Assembly: GCF_002571385.2 (NCBI RefSeq)
Contig: NW_019217830.1
Span: 470,029 to 534,028, forward strand
Source: Stylophora pistillata
Lineage: Eukaryota
Length of the DNA stretch: 64,000 nt
Direction of reading: 5' to 3'
Shown here: piece by piece, positions 32,923 to 45,935 of the stretch
Position numbering within the stretch: the first letter of the stretch is position 1
How the letters are laid out: each line of letters starts with the position of its first letter
The notes under the pieces: generated by a model
What the model was told of the DNA's origin: nothing
Seen by the model: the letters and a program-made list of their open reading frames with translations, nothing else
Databases searched by the model: none
Translations under genes and position numbers: made by a program

Positions 32923-35808
32923 TCAAGTTTCAGGGTTTTGTATTGTTCCATTGTCTTTCACTGCAGTCTTGCTTTTACAGACTTTTTTTCTGGCCTTGTA
33001 AAGATGAAGCTGGCTTTCCTTCTTGGTGGTGGCCGTTTCTTTTCTTGAGGTGTTGTTTGATTCTCCCTGTAACTGAGCTGTTGATTCCTCCACACTCTTC
33101 ATAAAAAAAGGAAACTGTCATGTTAACTTAAATATTCAAGATCTGATTGTTAATTCTCCTCTCTAGTAGTAACACATTCTTTGTGGATTAGTTAAAAACA
33201 ATTTGGTGTTAGATCAAGATAACTTCTACCTGATAAGTTTGAGCACAGATGTACATATTTCACAAAAAAAGCAAAAGTGTTTAACAGTGACCTAAGCATG
33301 AGTTAAGTTTTTTAAACTAAAGTGAGTGCTTTCATGCAATGGGGTAAAACTCTTAAACATTAATTTGAAAACAAGATGTTTGCAGTACCCACCTCAATGT
33401 CCACTTCTGAATCTTCTGATATTTTTTCCACAATCTGGGGGAGAAGACTTGCTACAAAAAAAGCAAAAAACAAGTCTAAAATAAATACAATATTCCTCAG
33501 GGAGGGAATCCAATTCTTGTACGGCTTACCCCCAACCCAGATTTCCCTCTCACTTTTTAAGCTGTTTGAAAGCCTAGTTCCACACTGGCTCTCTGGCTCT
33601 GCCAGCTCCCAAAGTTATTTTCCTAACATCATTACCAGTAATCATTTTTTTGTTTTAAGTAATTGTTTGTACTTTTGGCAAGAAAGTACATAACATATAC
33701 AAAGGCAGGGTTCAACATTAACAGTAGCCAACTGGCCACAGACTAGTAGAAATTCAGTTTTGGGTAGTGGTTTTCAGTTTCCACCACCCAGTTTAGCTAG
33801 TAAACAAACTGAAATTTTTATAACATCTAAGTTGTCACCAGCCACTTGGCTAGTAGGTTGAAAAGTTAATGTTGAGTCCTGGAGGGGATTGTGGAAATAT
33901 GGGAACAAAACAAACACAATGACTCTGGCCCTCGGGGGGAGCGGGGGGCTTCATATAAATAAAAGAGTAACATTTGTCCTTTATGCCTCCTATTTCCTTC
34001 AACCCATCCCCCAACAAAGCCTCTTACCAAGCTCAACGCCTGTGGGGCTGGTCGTTGATGTAACCCTGTTATTGGGTGAACTTTCTTCAATTTTATCCAC
34101 AGTACTGGTTCGAATCTTTTTGGATTTTGAGGTTTTCTTGACAGCTTTCAGCCTCTTTTTAGAACTTTTCTGCCGAGCACCATCATCATCATCATATTTC
34201 TTTATCTCACCAGGGACTTTGCGTTTACATTCCATTGTACTGGTTTCAACAGATGAAGTGTGGCTACAAAAGTAAAGATTGAAATAGAAATATTATTACA
34301 GATACACTACCCCTAAATTGATTAACTTCTAGTTTCCTTCGTGATTTCATCAAATTATTCTACAAACTGATGATGACAACTGGCAGGCTCAACCGTTAGA
34401 CAGTGTTATGTAGGTATGGCACTAAATTCTCCTGTGAAATTTTTAGAGAAATGTATGGTAGTCCAGGTAAGAGTTACTCATCACATCTTGGTAGTTTAAG
34501 TGTTACATGGAAAGAGGTTTATTTGTATAGTTCAATTTTACTAGGAAGTTGAGTTTCCAACCTTAATGATGACAAGAGATTCATTTCTTCCTCAAGAATG
34601 AACACAAGTCCTGCATCAACCAGTGTCTCATCCACTTTGTAACTCAGAGGTATATCAAAATGAAACTCATTTTGTAAGCCTGAGATTTTCAGCTGTGGTT
34701 CATTGGGATACAATTTGTGAAAAACATCTTCTGTGTGTCTTCTGAAAGCAGCAAGAGTCCATTCCTTCTCAGCCAGGACCTGCAGTAAAAAAAAAAAAAA
34801 GAAAAAAAAAAGAGAAAAACAAACTAAAGGTGTAGCAATGGATTTAAAAAACATGCACAATTAACCCTTTCCACCCTAACATCAGTATGCATATTCTCCA
34901 TACTGTTTTCTACACATTTCCTAAGGTGCTGACGAGGAGAATTTGTTGTACACAGACAATAACACCTTCGGCTGGTAACCTTAATGTCTGATTCAGGGGT
35001 GATATTGTAAGGAGAAATTAAAAGCTAGTTTGAATTACTTTAACCTGAAAATAATAAGCACCCAGGGGCTAATAAGAGTTTTTAGAGCACAAATAATACA
35101 AGTAAAAATACAAAAGAGAGGTCACATACACGAACCAAAAATTAAGCAAAACTGTTACATCTTTTGCAGCTGAAATACACCGTATCTGTCAAATATTAAT
35201 TGTCTCTTCATATACAGTAGGCAATAAATGCCACAACAGGAGATGAATAACCTAGATCTCATCCTCAGTTTAAACCACGAGTTTAAGACTATAACAAGTA
35301 TACAAGTTCTGGCCCCTGATTAATAATGTAAATTTAGTATAATTTAAGAGCTGAGCAAAGAGTTTCCAGCAATCTGATTCGTCGAGCGGTTCCTTATACG
35401 ACGCTATATAAACCACTCCACGCGGTTCATATAAAATGTTAAAATAAAATGTTAATAAATGTTACTAAAATGTTATGATTTTAGAAATTTCTCTGTTGTT
35501 CAGCACTGAAATTATACTAAAACAATTATTCGCCTCAGGTTCGGTGAATATTGTCGAATAATCCCCTCGACTTCGCCTCGGAGATTATTCGACGATATTC
35601 ACCTTTCCTCTGGCGAATAATTGTTAAATAGAGATCGCAACAGAGCTCGCGTATTAATTTTAGTATGCTTCAAAATGTAATTAAGATTAACACAAAAGTG
35701 GAATCCTGGATGTGATTAAAACAGTAGGATCTTGTTGCAAGTTTCTCTTACCAGAAATCGCTTGTCTCTGGATGAACAAACAACATTAATGCGCAATTTC
35801 TTCGCCAT
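32923..35808 (-). CDS. Uncharacterised ~245-aa protein: N-terminal Net1/Dnt1/coilin-like ubiquitin-fold domain plus Lys/Ser-rich disordered tail; 5 exons
   Basis: Exons (minus) 35808-35752, 34779-34562, 34263-34028, 33451-33393, 33096-32923, GT-AG with phases 0,2,1,0. MAKKLRINVVCSSRDKRFLVLAEKEWTLAAFRRHTEDVFHKLYPNEPQLKISGLQNEFHFDIPLSYKVDETLVDAGLVFILEE...KSSKKRLKAVKKTSKSKK...NPET*. Confidence 0.8.
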
Positions 35809-36058
35809 ATTTTACCCTATTCCGATTTTGATAAGTTCGTCCGCCATCTTGTATAACAGACTACTACCGCTGACGAATATATGCGCAGTAATGATTTACA
35901 TATATATTTTCGTAAAATGCGCTGACCTAGCAGACTCAATGTTTTGCTTTGAAAGGACCGCGAGACACAGCAGGATTGGACGCAGGATCGATCTTTTGCA
36001 GAGTATTTCGCCTCCCACAGACTTTTTGATACGAAATTCGTCTTTAGCCAGGAACAAG
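35809..36058. promoter_or_regulatory. Probable bidirectional promoter; first non-coding CRLF3 exon ends at 36058
   Basis: CpG-richer stretch; YY1-like AAGATGGCGG on minus (35841-35850); + donor CAAG|gtatgg at 36058; second UTR exon 36937-36988 (ttgcag|...caag|gtataa); acceptor at 38970. Confidence 0.55.
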
Positions 36059-37469
36059 GTATGGAAATACTTCTTTCACTCGGAAGCCTTTATGCAAGAA
36101 TTTGTTGATTGACTCAGACATTTCTCGGTAGCCACCCAAACCGCAAGTCGAGTAACAAATTCCAAATGTTTCATAATTCAAAGCTTTGACGGGAATGGCA
36201 GGGACTCAGTTCACGAAAAAGTAATATTTTCGAGATAGAGATTTAGACATTGTGTCTACGATCAGAATTTCTTGATGGTTTATGAGGTTAAGCAAAGGTT
36301 TAGCGTCGCATACAAGTCGGAGAGGTTTTTGAAATAAATCTCAATTTCCGTGAGGCATTCTTTTATCTTGCACGATCGAGCTCTAATCTCGTTTGGTCAG
36401 TACAATCTATATTGGCTCATAAGATATTCGATTTATGGATACCGTTTTGTTGGGTGTCTCATGAATAATTTGGTGCAGTGTAGACGAATTTATTTTTTTT
36501 ATTCATATATTTTAATCAATGTGGAATTTTACATTTGCACGTGCTTTGAAATCGAAACACTCGAACTGTTTGCGAATTTTGTGGCTCTTTGAGCGCCTGC
36601 TAAAGGAAATAAAAATGTATCGAGGTGGAAAATTGCGATTGTAAACCCGCATTTAGCTTCGTGAATAATCATTTTAACTGGAAGTACAAGTTTTTGCTTA
36701 AGTTTTTCGTCTTATTTTGCGAAATTGGGTCGAGAATTTCACTTGAAGATCGTATAGTAGCTCTCAAATTATATTTCTTTTGGTTTCCTCAAAGTGATAA
36801 TTTTAGCAACAGAATCTTAATATTGTTGTCATTCATTGACTTGATTTGAATGCTGATATATACTTTTCCTTAAATGGTAAAGTGTGTCCTTCATGGAGAC
36901 ATTTCTAATTCTCCAATGTTGGTGTTTTGATTGCAGTGTCTAACATCATGAGGTTCTAGCGTCACTCGCTTATCATCTCCCGGTCAAGGTATAATGTATT
37001 CACACCCAAACACAATTTTATTCCCAAGATCTCACTAGTAATTCTCCCGACTGTCTGCCATACAAGTCATGCATAATTCTTATGATGCTGGCTTGGAGAA
37101 TTTGACATTGGATATTCTAATAATCCCATAATTGATGTTTTCTTTATTCTCATCCCTTCTTTGCTTGATATTGTATGATATTGTTGGGAGAAATTCTGTC
37201 TTGGTCAATGATGCAGGGGTTTCTTTAAGGGCCGGGCACTGACCAAATTGACCAGTTGTAAGGATGGTTTTGCCCACCTGGTTTAACAATCTGGAGGAAG
37301 GTTTATCTTATAAAGAAGTTTAGTTCAAAAAGTTTTGCCTGCCTGTGAAAACCAGTTGCCCTCCTGCTGAAAACATTAATGAAACCCCTGTGATGTGGGA
37401 GTGAAAGGGTTCACTCAAAACTATCCTTTGGGAAAAATCTAACTCAGCCACTGAGAGAGTTTTAGTTAC

Positions 37470-37876
37470 TGTAGTAGTAAATCTTTAATGAGAATGCCAA
37501 TGTCACAAAGTGGTTTACAGAAGGGTCCTCAAAAGAATACTAAGTTTAGATTATGAACTAGTTGATCATACAAAAATGTAAAAAGATTTAAAAAGTATAT
37601 ACAATCATCAAGCATCAAATATAACTAGTTAAAAATACAAGAATGTAAAAGATAGAAAGAATATACAAATTAGGGTTAAAAAGCAAAGAATGTCATTAAG
37701 AATCAAAGATAACTTTGGACAGGCCATGTTTGAAAGCAGGCAGTGACTTTGCTTTCCTTAATGAGATGTCTAACCCATTCCATATATCAGCACTAAAATA
37801 CCCTGATGACCAATGACTCCATCTTCTTTTGGTACTGGATTTGTGAATGTCATTTTTCGATCTTGTGTAGTGATCA
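37470..37876 (-). mobile_element. L2/CR1-group LINE 3' fragment
   Basis: Minus strand reads HYTRSKNDIH...IWNGLDISLRKAKSLPAFKHGL, the typical ORF2 C-terminus, then a 3' UTR ending attaaagatttactactac. Confidence 0.7.
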
Positions 37877-38998
37877 CTGAGATGGAGAAAATTGGATTCA
37901 TTTGGTGATCATTTCCTTTATTCCTTCAACTTTAATGTGTGATTCAAGGGTTAAGTTGTAAGGAGAAATTAGCAGCTAGTCATTCTTAAGGATCAAAGGG
38001 TAAAGAAAATTGAAAATCAATCCAGGATGGAAAATTTTAACGCAACACAAACTTTTACTCTGCTACATTTAGAAAAATCTTGTGGAGCAAAACATTGTAA
38101 TGTAACTCTTTTAACCAATAACTATTTCTGACCCCTTAAACATTGAGACTGGATTGTAAGTTCCTTGTTTTCTCAAATTTGTTCGTTTAGATGAACCAGC
38201 TTGGCTATAGTTACTTTGAAATTATTTTCTTAAGAGAATTGTTATATTGGTGTTGCATAGTGTAACAAATTCCATCTTTATAAGGAGTTTGTTGTACTGT
38301 GCTATTCCAAAATGACCTCAATCATTGCCATTTGTGACAGTTCTTTAACAACAGCATTAATGTCATTGTGGAAAAATAATATTGATCATTTCATTTAAAA
38401 TTAAACAGAGAGATGTGGTCATGTGTGTGGTGCGTTTTGATGGACCTCTAAGTTAAACTAATTTCAGCCTTTTCATCCACCAATTTAATTATATTTTCTG
38501 AAAAGTAGGATTTTGGGGAAAAAACAGCAAAAAAACTTCATACCAGTTTAAACCTTTTTGGGGAGGATTGGACCTCTAGCGAGTGGGTCAAATTCTTTTC
38601 TATTTGGTTTGTCTGTGCTCAGTTTTATGAAAAAGAGTTCTGTGGTTACTGCTAGAATAACTGGGCATTGTGAAGTTTTTTAAAAGAAATTGAAAAACTC
38701 TTCTCATCTAGGGTATTTAAGCAGAGCATTACATTGAATTTGTCTCGTTGGTAGTTTAACTTTAAATTTTAGTCTGTTGTCTTCCTCTTAGCACTCATTT
38801 CACAAACTCTTCCCTATATTTTTCTGAGACCATGAGAAAGAGAGCCTGTTAGTCACAAAATTTATGTGTGGTATTTTTGGAGAGATTTTTTTGAATTTTT
38901 TTCAATCATCAAGTGAGCTGTCAGTTTGTATACAGAAACTATATTTCTTTGTTTTTTTTTTTATGCATAGTACGATTGGCACCCAACAATGAAATAAA

Positions 38999-41900
38999 AT
39001 GGAGGAAGAAGATGTAATGAATACTAGACTTGCAATCAAGGAATCACTGAAGAAGCTTGATGAATACACAACTTACCTGAGGTACTTTAAAAAAAAAACA
39101 TGCTGTGTCTTAATTAATTAATTAATTTTTAATTAATAACTGTAAAAGCAAGATACTAAGTGTAAAGCACACATGCATGCAGTGTTCTTTGTTTCAGGTG
39201 GTAACCATTATTTCTTTGAAAATAAACCTGAGTCTCTTTAACTACAGATCACCCCCTCTTAACACTCCCTATCCCAAATTTAATTGTATCCCCTAAAATA
39301 CAGGCCTGAACAATTTTCAGACCAAAACATCCTTTTTTAATTTGTCTTCGTTTAATTTTTTTCTTCTCAAAACCTATTTAATGTAGATCAAGGCTAACAG
39401 ACATCAAGTCAACACGTGAAGGAGTCAACGATAGCATCAGCAAAGCACGTATAGTGGTTAATGAAAGATTTGAAGAAATCAGGAAGGAAATAGCACATGT
39501 GTTAGAAGCTCGCCAAAGAGGAATTTTAAATACTATTGCTGAGATAGAAAGGAAGGATCTTGATCCTCTGACTTCTTTGGAAGACAGAATCAATGGAGAT
39601 TTAGACAACACTGTACAGTGTATCGAAAAAGGTTTGTCTACAGGAAATAGTTGATAAGTATGTTGAGCAACCAAGTCATGCAGAGATTTCTCTGATTTTT
39701 TTTTTATGTGTGTGTGTGCTAAAGCTGAGAGATATCATATCTCTTTAAAATTTGTTTTTTTTTTTTTTCAAATATTTGTTGTTCAAAATGACTGAAATTT
39801 CTGCTTAAAAATTTTTTTTCAATGAACTGTGCAAGCAGGAAACTTTTTGATCTTATGTTCTTCCAGCAGTGGAGCACTAACAAGGAGCAACCTTTAATTA
39901 ATGATGTGACTGTTCAAATTTTCCAACTTTTTCATTAATAGAAGGGAAATGCTTATTTGATAGGTGGAACATGTTTTCCATTCTGCCAAAGGCAGCTATA
40001 TGTAATGTTTGGTGGATTTTTTTGTTATTGTTTTCAGGGGTGGGGAGAGGGGGGTTAACCTAGTTTTGTGGATTCAAGATTGTCCCCAAAATCCCACAAA
40101 AATAAAACCTGTTTAATTGTCTTGCCTTGTTGAAGACAGCTCTTTTGTACATCTATGTAAAATACTCATCTAGAACTTTGCTAGAAATGCTGATGGCAAA
40201 TATTTTCTTTAAGGTCATTATTGTATATGGTTTGCTCAACTTTCAATTTAAACTCAGGTAATTCTGCTCTTGATGAGGATGATGCAACCCTCCTGAGTGA
40301 AGGAAAGAACCTAAATAATGAGCTGCAAATTTCATCTATAAGGTTAGACTAAAGTGACCCACGCTTTTGTGTTCTGCATGCACAGGTGCATTTAGATGGT
40401 TCAAAGTTGAACCTCCCACAACCAAACACCTATCATTTCTGATGATGATGATTTATTTTAACTCAGCTTGATTTTACAAGGTATATAGGTTAAATTTACA
40501 TAGCAACTAAACACAGTTCAGCAAAGGAAAAAAAGAGAAAACAATCTAGCAATAAAGTAGGTAGCAAGTTAGTATCATCCAAATAGCAAAGGCTAATCTA
40601 GTGGATGACCCCTAATTATAAGATACATTTAAGGGAAAGCAAAGCTAAGAACGAATTTTTTTTTTTGTAATAAAATGAAGAAAAAAAGTATTACGTTGTA
40701 CACTAAAGTAGATAATTAAAAAGAGTAACAATTGAGTATAGAGTTCTTCAGGGCTTTTCGAAATATTCTAAGAGAATTTGAATTACTTATACTTATAGGT
40801 AATGAATTCCAAAGGCGAGGGCCAGTGAATTTTAGGGACCGTAGGCCATATTGAGTAGTATTAACTGAGGCTACATAAAGATTTCTGTTACATGATTGCC
40901 TCGTTGAATAGAAATGAACAGAGGATGTAAATTTGAAATATTTACTGAAACAAGGGGGAAACAGTCTATGTGACCACTGATAAACAAAGGAAAGAATCTG
41001 TAATTCAATAACATCATTGAGCTTAAGAAGATTGAGGGATTTAAACAGAGGCTTAGAATGGGATTTTGGTTCAGAGAAAGATATTATTCTGATTGCTTTT
41101 TTTTGGATAAATAATTTTGTTAGAAATGGGGGAAAAGGTTAAACCCCAGACATGGATGCCATAAGTGAGGAATGGATTGATAAGGGAGTAATAAAGCATG
41201 ATAAGAATATGTTTGTTGACAAAGTGTCTCACTTTAGACAAGATACCTAGAGTTTTGGATAGTTTCAAGCAAAGCTCATTAATATGAATTTTCCATATTA
41301 AGGCCTCTGTGGTCAATTGCAAGAAGTATCAAGAGGTTCTCAGTTTAATGATCTCAGTCTCGTGCATATTTTTGGTAATTATAGGTTGCCTAAAGGAGGT
41401 TCTGAATTCATTCTTGTATTTAGAATAGTTGAAAGCTAAGGGGGAGTTATGGAAGCCCTTTGAAACTATGGTGAAATGTTGGTGGGGATGGACTTCTGTG
41501 GATGAGAATCCTTTCCTGGAGTAGCGATACATATTTGACAGTCACACCAGCAGACCTCACCTTTTTTTAACCTTAGCAAACTTATCAGAATTTTCATTTA
41601 GAAATTTGGTAGTTGTAGCTGCATTAATAGTTGCTGTTTTACCAGAAGTATCCAGAAGTTTCTTCCAGCAATTTCTTGTGAAGTTTTTTCTTGACAACTA
41701 CATTTTTTTTTCTGGCAACTTCTTAAAGTTTATAATTTTAAGTTGCAAATTGGCTACTGTTGAAAAAGTTGAGCTTTATGTATTTCACCCACAGATATCC
41801 TGACACACCATGTATATCACAAACCCTGTCTGTAACATTCAGCGAGAGTCATACCCAGTCAGTTATAGATGCAGTCAATTCTTTGGGAGAAATGTCTATG

Positions 41901-44316
41901 ACTGGAACACTTCAGATTACTGAACTGTTAGAGCAGCCTGGAGCCATCCTAGTGCAGTGGTATGATGAGGTACAGTAAATATGTTATCAAGGGGAGCAGG
42001 GTTGGTTCAGTGGTGAAAGCGCTCGCCTTCCACCAATGTGTCCCGGGTTCGATTCCCAGACCCGGCGTCATTAGTGGATTGACTTTGTTGGTCCTCTACT
42101 CTGCTCCCAGAGGTTTTCTTCCGGGTACTCCGGTTTTCTTTTCTCCTCAAAAACCATCAAATAAACTTANNNNNNNNNNNNTGTTATTATTATTATTATT
42201 ATTATTTTTTTTTTATTATTATTATTAACCAGGGGCCTTTTTCTTGAAAGTCCCAGTAACTTAATGGGCCCAAAGCAATGTTTTTAAAATCAAAATTTAA
42301 AGGATAGGAAAGCAGGTTCGAGCACCCAAACCAGTCCTTTTTGTTTTCTCTAGCTGATAATATTATTGTTGTATCATTTTCAAAACTTTTAAAATCCTCA
42401 TCTTGAATGAAAACAACAGCTTTACAGGTCTGTTAAGTTACTGGGACTTTTAAGAAATGGGCCCCAAGTTTAAGTACTATATGGGAATAAATTGTGCTGG
42501 AGGTCTTGAATAACAGTACTTGAATACTTAAGACTAAGTACAAAATTTTCTCTTGTACATACTGACCTAAACCAATAAATAACTAATTCAAACTTTTAGC
42601 TTTGCTGCCAATGGCACAGAAAAAAATTGGGAATGTGGTCAGTATAATTGTAAAAAACTGGGGCAGTTACAAGTGCCTGATCAACCATGTTTGAGGATAA
42701 ATGTCCTTTTTGATCAAATTTTTGAAATGGTTTTGTGTGCATCATTGTTTTTATTTTCAGTTGTCCACCATTGTAAGGGTTTTCAATTGAGCAAGCATTT
42801 TTAATTACTGATTTTGTCAGTAATCTCTGGAATTATTTTTGTTTACAGACATTTTCAGACAGTGAATCAATCACAGACTACAGTGGAGTTCAAGAGTACA
42901 TGCTACAGTGTTGTCGCACTGACAATAAAGGAAACTGTGACTCTGTCTTTAGCACAGTGTACTGTGGTGAAGAATCATCACATTTGGTTACAGATCTGGA
43001 GCCGCATGTGTCGTACACTTTCCGTGTCTGTGGAAGGTTTGGAAAAGAAGGGAAGTGGGGATCATGGAGTATTCCAAGGAATGGAATAACAACACTTGAC
43101 CAACATGGTTAGTGTGGAAAAAGACTTAAGTACACAGAGATAGTTGTTAGTATGCTAGATGAGGGATGGTGAGATCACATTTGAGCACTGGCAAAGTTGT
43201 TTTCAGCAAATGTTTCTCTTTCCACTCAGAAGAAAAAATTAGGTACAGTAAAATTTCAGGGAAACATGACTAATAAATACATATTATAAATACATAAATT
43301 GAAGCTTCCCCTTAGGGGCTTTTCAGCCACAATATAAACTAACTAAGTGCTTAAAAATCCCCACTGGCAGGAGGCAGTCAGACCAGTGGGCTATTTACAG
43401 AGTGCAGCCGAGGAGTTGAACTAGGGGCAAGTGAAAACAAATCCAGTGAGCTGACGGGTGAAGGATTTGAACCCAGGACACCGGATTTCAAGTGCAGCAC
43501 CCTAACCACTCGTCCACACTGCCTCCTCCTAATGTAGGAGACAAGGAGGGAGGGGTAACCCAGGATTGTCAGAGTAACTTGGAAAAATTATGATCTTTCA
43601 AGGGGGAGGAGGAGAGGAAGGTGTAACCTGTGACGGACAAGGGACTAGCATCTCATCCAGGGAGAGTATCTATAATCCTAGCCATTGCATTCCAAAGGAA
43701 TCTCAATAGGGTCTACTCTTCTCATGTGCAGGAATTCCTCATTAGGTTGTTGTGACCTTAATTTTATGTCCTTGTGTTTTTATTTTCTTTTATTTATTTA
43801 TTCATTTTTTTGATAGAATGGTCTGCTGCGGATTGCCTCAACCAGAATAAACTTGCTGTCTATCAGCTGAGTAACAGACGGAAAACTGCAACAAAAGTAT
43901 TCCCTGACTGTTCTAAGGTTTTGCGATCAAAGACTATGAGCTACAGACTTGACACAGCACTAGTTCTCAAGATTGAGGAGACTGGTGACTCCAGCAATGG
44001 TGACGGGATTGGTCTTACTACTGGGTCATTTGATTTTAGCAATGCTAGACAGGTCCTGCAATGCCCTGGCTCTGTGAGCATCAACTCCAAAGGTGTTGTC
44101 TACGTCAATGGAGTACCCATGACGACAAGATTGCCACCATTCAAACGTGGCTCTGTAGTTGTGTTCGAAGCAAGCAGAGTCTCCAAATACAAGCTTCGAG
44201 TGTCAATCACTATGGATGACAAGTTAGTGACATTTGATTGGCAGGTGGATGACTCTTGTGATGGATTTTATTTTGCAATGGGTTTTCAACATTCTGGTTG
44301 GCAAGTTTCAGTCTAA
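38999..44316 (+). CDS. CRLF3: Cytokine receptor-like factor 3 (coiled coil, FN3, SPRY-like), 6 coding exons
   Basis: Exons 38999-39081, 39387-39631, 40258-40342, 41795-41969, 42849-43107, 43817-44316. Motifs LQITELLEQPGAILVQW, VYCGEE, YTFRVCGR, WGSWS.P..G.TTL..HEW, LRVSI..DDKLVTFDW, FYFAMGF.HSGWQVSV*. Confidence 0.92.
40441..41310 (-). mobile_element. CR1/L2-group LINE 3' fragment with (CAT)n tail
   Basis: WKIHINELCLKLSKTLGILSKVRHFV...LYYSLINPFLTYGIHVWG (post-RT region); ends aataaatcatcatcatc at ~40441. Confidence 0.8.
41991..42169 (+). mobile_element. tRNA-derived SINE
   Basis: A box tggttcagtgg, B box ggttcgattcc, body ccgggtactccggtttt. Confidence 0.75.
42230..42465. mobile_element. MITE with ~40-bp TIRs
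   Basis: ggggcctttttcttgaaagtcccagtaacttaa pairs with ttaagttactgggacttttaagaaatgggcccc. Confidence 0.75.
43308..43527 (-). mobile_element. tRNA-derived SINE; inverted relative to the 45629 copy
   Basis: Reverse complement gives ggaggcagtgtggacgagtggttagggtgctg...gggttcaaatcc...ttcaactcctcggctgc...gtaaatagcccactg. Confidence 0.8.
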
Positions 44317-45538
44317 CATTAAATTGTGTCCTCCTAGCTGATAGCATTTTAAGCCTTATTGGTAGGTATTATAGATTGGAAATATTTGATTTTCAGATAG
44401 TGAATTTCAAATTGAGTTTACTCAGTAATTATAACAATAAAAATTAAAGCAAAATTTAAGTTTAAGGCAGTTTTTTGCCATGATAAATTTTAATGACCTC
44501 AAACCCTGTACTTCTACACGTAAGTACTTAGGGAACAGCAGGCAGGATCTATGAAGTTGTCGTGCTAGATTTTCTGTTGCCACATAGTGAGTAGTAAAGG
44601 AATAATCAAATGTTGCCACAATATTAGTCTGACCATTTATTCGTAAAATTCTGGTAAAGTCTGAATTTATAATGTGATATGACAAGGCTGTCATCATTAT
44701 TTTGATATGTTGCTTCAAATTGATCAGCATAATTTCCAATTTCTGTTTTTTGTTTTCTTATTGTTGTTTTTTTTTTTTCGACATAACTATCTCAGTTGGC
44801 CTTGTCAGTGAAATCTCAATTTTTGCAAAAGAATTTTATAACATTGTTCATACACTTTTAGTTGAGTTTGCCAGGTAAAAATGTTTACCATCCATTTTAA
44901 AAGCCAAATTATGTTTCAACTTCTGGGTTGCAATACAAGGAATTATCCTGATCAACTTGTGACAATCTTAAAGGGAACAAGGAATCTTGTGAGCACTTCC
45001 CTGTCACAGCTTCTTCACTTAATCATTTGGTCAATTTTTCTTGAACTATTAAGAAACTCCATCAAAACCTAAACAATGCTATAGAGCACAAAGTTTCTCC
45101 ATAATATATTGATGCAATTTTTTTAAAAAAAAAAATAAATCTGATCTGTTGCTGAATACTTTTCAAACAACCTCAACATTTGTTTGAAATAATGCGACAA
45201 CTTACTTGCATATGCATCTGTTAATATATTCTTGAAAAATTAATCAGGTCCCCATAAGGGTGCTTAAATATTACTGTTGGTTTTTCTTGATGGGGATTAT
45301 AAACACCAGATCACAATCTTCTCAATGAAAATCTCACAGTTTGACTTTTAATAAAGGTTCTGTTCACTCAAAGTGCTTTGTGTTGGAAATGTTTCATTGT
45401 AGCGCTGGTTTCATTAAAAAATAATGTCCATATCTTTTTCCTTCCTGCATTATTTCAACGAAACAGGTGTGATGTCTGGAGAAAAGTGATCGGAAGATTT
45501 CCTTACTTTTCTCTGTGATAGCATCAATTGAGTGCTTC

Positions 45539-45623
45539 GTGTACCTAACTAATAGCCCATTTAGGTACCCCGTGTACCTAACTAATAGCCCATTTAGGTA
45601 CCCCGTGTACCTAACTAATAGCC
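45539..45623. repeat. 33-bp tandem repeat, ~2.5 copies
   Basis: gtacctaactaatagcccatttaggtaccccgt repeated. Confidence 0.9.
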
Positions 45624-45628
45624 TCCAA

Positions 45629-45862
45629 GGAGGCAGCGTGGCCGAGTGCTTAGGGTGCTGGACTTGTAATCCAGTGTCCCGGGTTCAAGTCCTCCACTCT
45701 GCCACTCACTGGATTTGTTCTCAGTTGCCCCTAGTTCAACTCCTCGGCTGCGCTCTGTAAATAGCCCACTAGTCAGCCTCCTGCCAGTGGGGATTTTTAA
45801 GCTCTTAGTTAGTCTACATTGTGGCTGAAAAGCTGCTAGGGGGGGGGCCTCAATTAACGTAG

Positions 45863-45932
<70 letters not shown>
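45629..45932 (+). mobile_element. tRNA-derived SINE followed by (ATT)n microsatellite
   Basis: ggaggcagcgtggccgagtg...gggttcaagtcc; (att)n at 45862-45932 next to an N gap. Confidence 0.8.
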
Positions 45933-45935
<3 letters not shown>

